Origin: an uncultured Chloroflexia bacterium
GTDB lineage: Bacteria; Chloroflexota; Anaerolineae; JAAYZQ01
Reading direction: 5' to 3'
Assembly: GCA_963700285.1 (NCBI GenBank)
Contig: CAVOXA010000014.1
Location: 64,001-128,000 of the forward strand
DNA length: 64,000 nt
Shown here: positions 50,900 to 59,035 of the stretch, one piece after another
How positions within the stretch are numbered: position 1 is the stretch's first letter
Layout: each line of letters begins with the position of its first letter
Notes under the pieces: model-generated
What the model saw: the letters and a program-made list of their open reading frames with translations, nothing else
What the model was told of the DNA's origin: nothing
The model's database searches: none
Position numbers and translations under genes: made by a program

Positions 50900-51805
50900 A
50901 TGTCAGAATCGCCAACACGCGTCCAACCAGGCCAGATTGCGCCCTACGGTTCCTTGCCGGTGCCCCGGCTGACGCCCGAACTGTTGGGCCTGGTACGGAC
51001 GGGCAAGGTCTACAGCCTTGCTGTTGTATACCATGAAGGCATGCCCTTGCCCGGCGTGTTCGAGCCCTTTAGCCTCACACCCCGGGTCAGGCACGGAGAC
51101 CTGCGGGGCCTCGGTCCTGTGTCGGGCGCGGGAGAGACGATCAAGATGGCAGCCCATACCGGCACGCATATCGACGCCTTGTGTCACATCGGCGAATACC
51201 AGGATGCGGATGGCAACCCCGTGTCAGAGGGCGGCGAGGTACGAATCTATGCCGGGCCGGGCATGACAACTCCCGCCGCCGGCCATGTCAGTTGGCAGGG
51301 TCAGAACCTCAACGATATCGCTGAGATGCCGCCCGTTGTCGCCCGCGGGATCATGCTCGACGTACCCGGCTACCTTGGCATCGAGGTCCTGCCTGAGGGC
51401 TACACCATCAGCCGCGAGGATGTGGAGGGAACCCTGGTCAAACAGGGAATCGAGATGGCGCCCGGCACCGCCGTCCTGGTACGCACCGGCTACAGCCGCT
51501 ATTGGCCCAACAACAGTACGGTCTACCTGGATGCCGTGGCGGGCATCGGCCTGGAGGCCAACAAGATGCTGGTCGAGGGAGGGATGATCCTCATCGGCGC
51601 TGACAACTCGACCGTCGAGCCCTGGCCGCCATACGACCACGATGTCCATCGCTACAACCAGGTACACCACGGCATCAGCCACCTAGAGGTGATGTACCTC
51701 GATGAGTTGGCGGCCGATCAAGTCTACGAGTTTCTCCTGATCGTCACGCCGCTACGCATCCAGGGCGCCACCGGTTCGTGGGTGCATCCCATCGCCATTG
51801 CCTGA
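50900..51805 (+). CDS. Cyclase family (kynurenine formamidase-like) metal-dependent hydrolase
   Basis: HTGTHIDALCH, VLVRTG, IGADN..VE, PLRIQGATGS.V.PIAI. Confidence 0.88.
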   Translation: MSESPTRVQPGQIAPYGSLPVPRLTPELLGLVRTGKVYSLAVVYHEGMPLPGVFEPFSLTPRVRHGDLRGLGPVSGAGETIKMAAHTGTHIDALCHIGEYQDADGNPVSEGGEVRIYAGPGMTTPAAGHVSWQGQNLNDIAEMPPVVARGIMLDVPGYLGIEVLPEGYTISREDVEGTLVKQGIEMAPGTAVLVRTGYSRYWPNNSTVYLDAVAGIGLEANKMLVEGGMILIGADNSTVEPWPPYDHDVHRYNQVHHGISHLEVMYLDELAADQVYEFLLIVTPLRIQGATGSWVHPIAIA

Positions 51806-51882
51806 GCTTCGGCTCACAGGCAGGCGCCCTGAGGATGCCCGCGAGCAGCCCTGGTTGAAGCACATTGCCTTGGAGGAAATCC

Positions 51883-53043
51883 GTGCCCGATCTAACCCCT
51901 AGACAGAGGGTCCTTGCCGCCCTAGACCACCATCCCACCGACATGGTGCCTTTGGATTTGGGTGGCACCAAGACAACCAGTCTCAACATTCATGCCCAGG
52001 AAGCACTCTTGACCCACTTGGGCATGCATGAACCAACCCTGTGGGGTAGTTATCTCAGCCAACGCACCCACATGCCAGAGGCGCTGTCGCGCTTGCTCGG
52101 CTCGGACGTGCGGCGGGTGCAAGTCCCCCAGACTAGACTGCCCGAGGAATACACCAACCCGGTGCAGGTGGACCTGTGGGGCATCGAATGGACGCAGGAC
52201 CCCACCGGGCTCTTTCACGTCAGCCGGCCACCTCTGGCTGGAGCCGAGGGAGCAGAGAGCCTGAGGCGTTACGCTTGGCCCAGCCCAGAGAGCCTGGAAC
52301 CGGTGGACGAGCTGGCCGCGGCGGCCCGAGAACTCCGGGTCAAGACCGACTGTGCCGTCTGTCTCGATCTGCCCGACCTGGTGGTCCACACCTCTCAGAA
52401 TATGCGCGGCTATCAAGCCTGGTTGATGGACACAGCCACCAACGCGGTGTTCTTGGAGAGCTTGATGGACAAGATCGCCGATATCTATGTGGCCATGGTG
52501 ACGTACCTCCTGGCCGCCGTTGGCGATAGCATCGACCTGGTGATGGTCTGCGACGACATCGCCGTTCAGCGCGGCCCCCTGATACGGCCTGAGGTCTACC
52601 GCAGTCTCATCAAGCCTCGCCAGGCGCGCATCCTGGCCGCCATCCGGTCCAGCACGAAGGCCAAGATCGTCTTTCACACCTGTGGCTCGGTCTATTGGGC
52701 GCTGGGTGACCTGGTGGACCTCGGGATTGATGGCCTGAATCCTGTGCAGACGGCCGCCGCCGAGATGGATCCGGTGAGGCTCAAGCGCGAGGTTGGCGAC
52801 GAGATCTGCTTCTGGGGTGGCATCGACACCCAGCACATCCTGCCCTTTGGCAACCCAGAAGAGGTCCGCGCAGAAGTCCGGCGCATGATTGAGGCCCTGG
52901 CCGCCGATGGCACCGGGTATGTGCTCGGCCCGGTCCACATCGTACAGGCAGAGGTTCCGCCACAGAATATCCTGGCCATGGCCGAAGCAGGCCACCACTA
53001 CGGTGCACGCCAGATGAATCGCGGGCTCGCAGCTCACGGTTGA
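51883..53043 (+). CDS. UROD / MtaA-CmuA family protein (paralogue 5)
   Basis: LTPRQRV, CDDIA, FHTCG, LNPVQ, FWGGIDTQ, GYVLGPVHIVQ. Confidence 0.88.
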   Translation: MPDLTPRQRVLAALDHHPTDMVPLDLGGTKTTSLNIHAQEALLTHLGMHEPTLWGSYLSQRTHMPEALSRLLGSDVRRVQVPQTRLPEEYTNPVQVDLWGIEWTQDPTGLFHVSRPPLAGAEGAESLRRYAWPSPESLEPVDELAAAARELRVKTDCAVCLDLPDLVVHTSQNMRGYQAWLMDTATNAVFLESLMDKIADIYVAMVTYLLAAVGDSIDLVMVCDDIAVQRGPLIRPEVYRSLIKPRQARILAAIRSSTKAKIVFHTCGSVYWALGDLVDLGIDGLNPVQTAAAEMDPVRLKREVGDEICFWGGIDTQHILPFGNPEEVRAEVRRMIEALAADGTGYVLGPVHIVQAEVPPQNILAMAEAGHHYGARQMNRGLAAHG

Positions 53044-53074
53044 GAGCATTGACGTCGGAAAGGAGATCGGGACC

Positions 53075-54229
53075 ATGGCCAAGATGACATCGAGAGAGCG
53101 CGTGCTGGCCAGCCTAAACCACCAGGAGCCGGATCGGGTCCCTCTGGACATCGGCGGCGGTATCAGTACGAGCGTTGTGGTTGAGGGCTATGACCAGCTC
53201 AAAGACCACCTGGGCATACCGGGCGAGACACGGGAGATGAGCAAGGCCTTCCGCGTGGCCTGGGTGGATGAGGCGGTGAGGCGGCACCTGGGCGCCGACC
53301 TCTATCCTCTCCTGATCAGGCCTCCAGCCAATTGGACACCGCCGCCCAGCGAACCGGGGACCATGATCGACGATTGGGATGTCAAATGGAAGCGGACACC
53401 CTACGGCGACAATTGCTACTATTGGGAAATGGTCAGCCATCCTCTGGCTGAGGCCACCGTCGAGGACCTGGAAACCTTTCCCTGGCCCGACCCCTGGGAT
53501 CCCGGACTAACCGCTGGCCTGGAGGACGAGGTCAAGGCCCTTTACGAGGACACCGACTATGCCATCATGGCGGATGCCCGCTTCAAAAGCTTCTGGGAGC
53601 TGGGCTATATGCTGCGGGGCATCGAGCAGATGTACATGGACCTGCTCCTGAATCCCGAGTTCGTGACGGCTTTGATGGACAGACTACTGGCACTCAACAT
53701 TGTCGTCACCGGACGCTTTCTCGACATTGCCGGCCCTTACATCCAGGTCTTTCGCACCACCGACGATATGGCCACCCAGCAGCGGTTGATGATGAAGCCC
53801 GAAACCTACCGCCGCCTGCTCAAGCCCTACTATCGCAAGTATATCGACTTTGTCAAGTCCAAAACCGAGGCCAAGATCTTTTACCACAGCTGCGGCAACA
53901 TCGTCGACATCATCGATGACCTCGCCGAAATCGGCGTCGACGCCATCAACCCGGTCCAGGTCTCGGCCATGGCCGACACCGCAGGGCTCAAGGCTCGCTT
54001 TGGGCACAAAATGAGCTTCTGGGGCGCCATCGACTCACAGCGGGTACTGCCCTTTGGCAGCGTTGAGGATGTGGAAGCCGAAGTCCGGCGGAGAATCAGG
54101 GATCTGGCGCCCGGCGGCGGCTATGTGGTCGCCGGTGTACACACCATCCAACCCGACGTGCCGCCCCAGAACATCGTTGCCATGGCCGGGGCGGTACGCA
54201 AGTGGGGTACTTATCCACTGGCTGTTTGA
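53075..54229 (+). CDS. UROD / MtaA-CmuA family protein (paralogue 6)
   Basis: MTSRERV..EPDRVP, TDDMATQ, YHSCG, INPVQ, GGGYVVAGVHTIQPDVP. Confidence 0.88.
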   Translation: MAKMTSRERVLASLNHQEPDRVPLDIGGGISTSVVVEGYDQLKDHLGIPGETREMSKAFRVAWVDEAVRRHLGADLYPLLIRPPANWTPPPSEPGTMIDDWDVKWKRTPYGDNCYYWEMVSHPLAEATVEDLETFPWPDPWDPGLTAGLEDEVKALYEDTDYAIMADARFKSFWELGYMLRGIEQMYMDLLLNPEFVTALMDRLLALNIVVTGRFLDIAGPYIQVFRTTDDMATQQRLMMKPETYRRLLKPYYRKYIDFVKSKTEAKIFYHSCGNIVDIIDDLAEIGVDAINPVQVSAMADTAGLKARFGHKMSFWGAIDSQRVLPFGSVEDVEAEVRRRIRDLAPGGGYVVAGVHTIQPDVPPQNIVAMAGAVRKWGTYPLAV

Positions 54230-54376
54230 CATGCGGCGGAGCTCGGACCCTGAACAGAAGCATCGTCCAGCGGTATCGCGACACCATCTTCCAGAGCCGT
54301 TGGTTTCGACCGACCGGCCTTGCCCGATGCACCACTGCGAGTACAATAACAAGCGCCTCCAGCAGGGGAGAGATCC

Positions 54377-55222
54377 ATGAAACTGAAACGACATCAGCGC
54401 CAGGCCAGGATTCTTGAAAATCTGCGCCAGCGAGGCTATGTGGCGGTCGACGACTTGAGCCAGTCGTTGGACGTCTCGGCCATGACCATCCGCCGCGACT
54501 TGGACCAGCTCCAGGAGCTCGGTCTTGTCTCTCGCCACTATGGCGGCGCGACATTGCCAGCGGATCTGAATTCGGCTCTGGAGGGCAACCGTCACGCCAG
54601 CAGCCTGGAAATGCGCGAAGGGGCCAGCCTGGATCTGGAGCGGGGCAGCATCGAGTGGCCGTGGCGCATCCGCCAGAGCATCCATGCTGAAGAAAAGAAA
54701 AAGATCGGCAAGCGGGCTGCCGAGTTGGTACAAGACGAGCAAGTGATCGTCATTGACGCCGGAACGACGACCTACGAGCTAGCCAAGAACATCGCCGACA
54801 AGCACTTGACGGTCATCTGCAACTTTTTGCCGATCCTCTGCCTATTGTCCAGCCAGCGCAACATCAACCTCATCGGTGTTGGCGGCCACCTCGAGTGGGA
54901 CAACCAATGGTTCACCGGCTCAGAAGTAATTCCCACCCTACAAGCCATGAACGCCAACGTCGCCATCATGGCCACTTCCTGCCTGTCGCTCAGCAAGGGG
55001 CTGACCAATCGCCTACAGCCTGATTCCCAGATTAAGCGGGCGATGGTCGACATCGCTGAGAAGGTGATCCTAGTGGCGGACAGTTCAAAGATGCATCTGA
55101 GCACGCTGGCTTCGGTCGGTCCCGTTGAGCTGGTGGATACCTTTGTCACCGACCCCGGGCTCAAAAATGAGGATAGGCAAGCACTCGAGCAACGCGGCGT
55201 TGAGGTAATCATTGCCGAGTAG
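54377..55222 (+). CDS. DeoR/GlpR family transcriptional regulator
   Basis: VSAMTIRRDL..L.SRHYGGA, IDAGTTT, LVADSSK. Confidence 0.93.
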   Translation: MKLKRHQRQARILENLRQRGYVAVDDLSQSLDVSAMTIRRDLDQLQELGLVSRHYGGATLPADLNSALEGNRHASSLEMREGASLDLERGSIEWPWRIRQSIHAEEKKKIGKRAAELVQDEQVIVIDAGTTTYELAKNIADKHLTVICNFLPILCLLSSQRNINLIGVGGHLEWDNQWFTGSEVIPTLQAMNANVAIMATSCLSLSKGLTNRLQPDSQIKRAMVDIAEKVILVADSSKMHLSTLASVGPVELVDTFVTDPGLKNEDRQALEQRGVEVIIAE

Positions 55223-55286
55223 ACTGCCCACACACCCACTTTGCGAAGTGTGTTTAGCCCTCATGCACCCAAAGGAGAGAATCGAG

Positions 55287-56330
55287 ATGAACAGCCGAGA
55301 CCGCGTCAAGCGAGCCATCCACTTCCAAAAGCCCGATCAAGCGCCCATTTCTCACGCGGTTCTGCCCGCCGCCCAACTAAAGTACGGCCAGGCGCTGAAC
55401 GAAATCCTGGCCGAGTACCGCGAGGATTTCGGCTGGGACTATATGGAGGACCTGCCCGTCGAAAAGTTCCCAGCACTCTACAAGGAGGGCCGCCACAGCG
55501 ATGACTTTGGCACAGTGTGGCAGGTAGAGTGGATGGGCATCTGCGGCATTCCGGTCGAATGGCCCATTGCCGACCTGGACCGCTACGACGAATACCGGTG
55601 GCCGGCCGGCTTTACAGCCGGACCTCCTTCGGGCCGCCAATACAGCGGCCACATGTGCGGCTTTGACGAACGCTGGTACGCGCGCGGGGCATGGATCACG
55701 TTCTTTGAGCAGCTCCAGCAACTGCGCGGTATGGAAAACCTCATGATTGACATTGCCCAGGAATCGGCGGGCTTCTACCGGCTTCTGGATGACATGCTAG
55801 CCTTCAACCTACGCTGGATTGACAGATGGACGGTGCTCGAGTACGAAGGTCTGCACTTTGCCGACGACTGGGGCGCGCAGCGCCGCCTCTTGATCAAGCC
55901 AGACACCTGGCGGCGCGTATTCAAGCCGCGCTATGCCGAAATGTTCCGCAAGGTGCGTGAGGCCGGCATGGACGTCTGGTACCACAGCGATGGCCACATC
56001 AACGACATCTTGCCCGACCTGATTGAGATCGGTGTGGACGTCATCAACTGCCAGGTGCCCACTATCGGCCACGAATGGCTGGCCCAGAATGCCCGCGGCA
56101 AGGTCGCCTTCCGTACCGATATCGACCGGCAGCAAGTCATGCCCTTTGGCTCACCGGCGGAGGTCAAGGAAGAGGTGCAGCGCGTCTTTGAGGCCTGCGG
56201 CACGCCCGACGGCGGCATCGTCGCCTGCGGCGAGATCAGTCCCGAAGTACCACTGGCAAACATCCATGCCATGTACGAGGCCTTCAGGGAGTATGGGACG
56301 AAGGTAGAAGCTCTTGCCCGGGGAGCGTAG
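55287..56330 (+). CDS. UROD / MtaA-CmuA family protein (paralogue 7)
   Basis: MNSRDRV, LRGMENL, ADDWGAQ, YHSDG, DIDRQ, GGIVACGE; AAAGGAG SD. Confidence 0.88.
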   Translation: MNSRDRVKRAIHFQKPDQAPISHAVLPAAQLKYGQALNEILAEYREDFGWDYMEDLPVEKFPALYKEGRHSDDFGTVWQVEWMGICGIPVEWPIADLDRYDEYRWPAGFTAGPPSGRQYSGHMCGFDERWYARGAWITFFEQLQQLRGMENLMIDIAQESAGFYRLLDDMLAFNLRWIDRWTVLEYEGLHFADDWGAQRRLLIKPDTWRRVFKPRYAEMFRKVREAGMDVWYHSDGHINDILPDLIEIGVDVINCQVPTIGHEWLAQNARGKVAFRTDIDRQQVMPFGSPAEVKEEVQRVFEACGTPDGGIVACGEISPEVPLANIHAMYEAFREYGTKVEALARGA

Positions 56331-56446
56331 CTTCGTCGTCCAGACAGAGACCCAGGCAGGACGGCACTACCCCCACTTTGCAAAAGGCCCCCTTAATGCT
56401 ACAATGAGCCCTAGCAGGAACCGTCCAGGAGGCACGAGGCAGCCAC

Positions 56447-57709
56447 ATGGAGAGCATTCCGTCAGGTACCAGCGGAGCCAAACCCCTGCTGGGCAACATA
56501 CCCTTTCTCCGGCTGTGGGCTGCTCAGTTCACCTCGATTGCCGCTGTCTATGCCGTGACCCTGGCCGGAATCACCCTGGTCGAAGAGCTGACCCACTCCA
56601 CGGCGCTGAACGCCGTGACACTCGTGTCGGCCATCCTGCCCGCCTTCCTGGGTTCGCTGGTATCAGGCGCCGTGGTCGACCGCATGGGGCGGGTACGCGT
56701 GCTCATCGCCAGCCAGGTGGCCTGGGCCCTGTCCGCCCTGGCCTTCTGGGCCGCCACGGGGTTGCTGTCCCCGACCTGGGCCATCCTCGCCGTCTTTGTC
56801 ACCAACACCACCATGGCTCTCGTGACCCAGTTCGCCATGTCGGCCGAGTACGCACTGCTGCCCGACTATGTGGGCCCGGTTCAGCTTTTGCAGGCCAATA
56901 CCCTATTCCAGATCAGCCTGGTCGCCGGTGAGGGAGTGAGCATATTCCTACTGGCCCCGCTGCTGATCAAGGCCTCCGGTATCGCCGCTGTTGGCCTGGC
57001 CGCGGTTATCCTTTGCTTGCTGGCCCTGGCCCTTGTCGCCAAACTGCCCCGGGAGAAGACGCGGTCCCGCCAGTCTTCCGGAGAGGGCTGGGACTGGGTT
57101 GCCCTGGCCGCCGACCTGCGGGCTGGCTGGCGCGCCATCGCCCGGGACCGCGTACTGGGCCTGGTGACAATCCAGGCCACGGTGGCCGCCGCCCTGCTGC
57201 TCATCCTCATCGCGCTGCTGCCTGGGCTGGCTTCCCGGCAGTTGGGAGTCGGTGCCGAGAACGTGCCCTTTTTGTTGCTGCCCGGCGGCCTGGGCTTTGT
57301 CCTGGGGATGGTGGCCGTGAACGGGTGGGAGGGTCAGCTGAGCCGGCTGGCCTGGATAGGCTGGGGACTGGCCGGGCTGGGGCTGGGCATCGGCCTGCTA
57401 GCCGCCGCTAGTGGTACACCGCCGGTGCTGGGGCTGATGCTGGCCTCCTTTCTGGTCATGGGCTTTACCTTTGCCGTTGCCCTTATCCCGGCCCGTACCG
57501 TCTTTCAAGAACGCCCACCTGCCGAGGTGCGCGGCCGGGTCATATCTGCCCAGTTGGCCCTGGGCAACGCCGCAGCGGTACTGCCCCTGCTGCTGGGCGG
57601 CAGCCTGGCCGACCAGATCGGTATCCAGCCCGTGCTGGCCCTCATGGCCCTGGTGGCCCTGGCAGCCGGCGCTGGCGGATTGTGGTTTGCTCGGAGGCAG
57701 GGGCGCTAG
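56447..57709 (+). CDS. MFS transporter (DHA3-like)
   Basis: FLRLWAAQ, GAVVDRMGRVRVL, QERPPAEVRGRV; about 12 TM segments; extended -10 TGCTACAAT at 56397. Confidence 0.88.
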   Translation: MESIPSGTSGAKPLLGNIPFLRLWAAQFTSIAAVYAVTLAGITLVEELTHSTALNAVTLVSAILPAFLGSLVSGAVVDRMGRVRVLIASQVAWALSALAFWAATGLLSPTWAILAVFVTNTTMALVTQFAMSAEYALLPDYVGPVQLLQANTLFQISLVAGEGVSIFLLAPLLIKASGIAAVGLAAVILCLLALALVAKLPREKTRSRQSSGEGWDWVALAADLRAGWRAIARDRVLGLVTIQATVAAALLLILIALLPGLASRQLGVGAENVPFLLLPGGLGFVLGMVAVNGWEGQLSRLAWIGWGLAGLGLGIGLLAAASGTPPVLGLMLASFLVMGFTFAVALIPARTVFQERPPAEVRGRVISAQLALGNAAAVLPLLLGGSLADQIGIQPVLALMALVALAAGAGGLWFARRQGR

Positions 57710-57845
57710 ATGAGGGCATCTTGGCAGCTCGCATCGCCTCCGTGCCGAGATGCCCGGCGCTGAAGCGAGCAGAAACCGCCAGGTCTGTGACCTGGCTTGA
57801 GCAGAGCTACTGTCTGTTTTGTGAAAGGTCCCTGAGGAGGGAAGC

Positions 57846-58490
57846 ATGTCAAATCGTGAGCGCAGTACCTGGGTTTTTGGGGCCGGCTTGCTGGCAGCCG
57901 CGGCCTGGCCCGCCTACCTACTCACCATCCGGCGCTGGCACGCGCGTTGGGGGGCCACCGATGGTGAAGTACAGGCCGTAATGCCCGGCGACGACATCGT
58001 CGCCGGGCCCTGGGACGTCACAACCCGCGCCGTCACCATTGCCGCGGTGCCGGCGCAGGTCTGGCCCTGGCTGGCCCAGATGGGCTACCAGCGGGGCGGC
58101 ATGTACAGCTACGACTGGATCGACGAGGCCCTGGGCGTCCTGGACAGCCCCAGCGCAGACCAGGTACTGCCCGAATTCCAGGACCTGCAGCCCGGCGACG
58201 AGATCCCCATGGGCAACAGTCCCGGCTGGCCGGTGGCAGCCGTCGAGCCCAACCGGTCGCTAGTAATGGACATCCGGCATCCCGGCATCCACATCAGTTG
58301 GTCGTTTCTCCTGGAAGCCACCGATGAGGGGCACACGCGGCTGATCCTTAGGATGCGAATCAAGCTGCGCCCCCTGGTCCAGCTCGTATCGTTTTTTCCC
58401 GTTTCAGATTTTGGCCAGTTCCTGATGACGCGCCGGATGCTGCTGGGCATCAAGGAGCGAGCTGAGGCTCTTGCCACCGCCCTTGGCTAG
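57846..58490 (+). CDS. SRPBCC-like conserved protein
   Basis: RWGATDGE...MPGDD, TRAVTI, VWPWLAQMG..RGGMYSYD, MTRRMLLGIKERAE. Confidence 0.8.
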   Translation: MSNRERSTWVFGAGLLAAAAWPAYLLTIRRWHARWGATDGEVQAVMPGDDIVAGPWDVTTRAVTIAAVPAQVWPWLAQMGYQRGGMYSYDWIDEALGVLDSPSADQVLPEFQDLQPGDEIPMGNSPGWPVAAVEPNRSLVMDIRHPGIHISWSFLLEATDEGHTRLILRMRIKLRPLVQLVSFFPVSDFGQFLMTRRMLLGIKERAEALATALG

Positions 58491-58940
58491 TACCTTGATA
58501 CGGGCAACCTCCCGAGCTTTGGGTACGAGGGGCCTCACGTTGTTCCCGCCCCCACCGGGCAAGGGGATCCTTGCATGCCATAATAGCGCCCACGCAGGGC
58601 CCGTTCGTAGTACGCACTCGTAAACCTTGCACCAAACTTCCCACGCTGACCCCAGTTGCTGCCTATCCATAGCAGCGGGCGGGCAGGCCCTGTAGGTTGG
58701 CATGCATCTGGGGCCAGGCTCCGTCGCGTCCTGGTCCACGCTTCTTCGTCCGAGCACCGGAGCCAAGACTACAAAGAAACCGCGGCGGCCGCTCTGTGTT
58801 CAAAACCGACGTGGCCCAGTACATCGACTGGTCCGCGTCCAGCGGCACTGGCGGCTGACACCTCTAGATCACCAGGCTCAGCCTTCAGCATCAGCGACAA
58901 GCCTGGTGAGACCCTGCATCTGGCTGGCGGCCAGGCGCGT

Positions 58941-58969
58941 TTGACTCCCTTTCTCTCTGAGGCTATAAT
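58941..58969 (+). promoter_or_regulatory. Sigma70-like promoter
   Basis: TTGACT-N17-TATAAT upstream of the sulfatase-like gene. Confidence 0.7.
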
Positions 58970-59035
58970 CGCCTGCCGGGACCTGCCAAACTGGGACCAC
59001 GACATCGGCATGCACATTTCAGGAGTGTACAAACT

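Noticed and set aside
32584-56330. Calling the UROD-family genes hemE (heme biosynthesis)
   Set aside because: The HemE MRQAGR signature is absent, there are seven divergent copies and no tetrapyrrole genes nearby.
58491-58940. Long intergenic regions (also 705-1003, 16733-17065, 19898-20330) as riboswitches or tRNAs, including a cobalamin riboswitch
   Set aside because: No recognisable conserved boxes or cloverleaf by eye; an Rfam/Infernal scan would be needed to exclude them fully.
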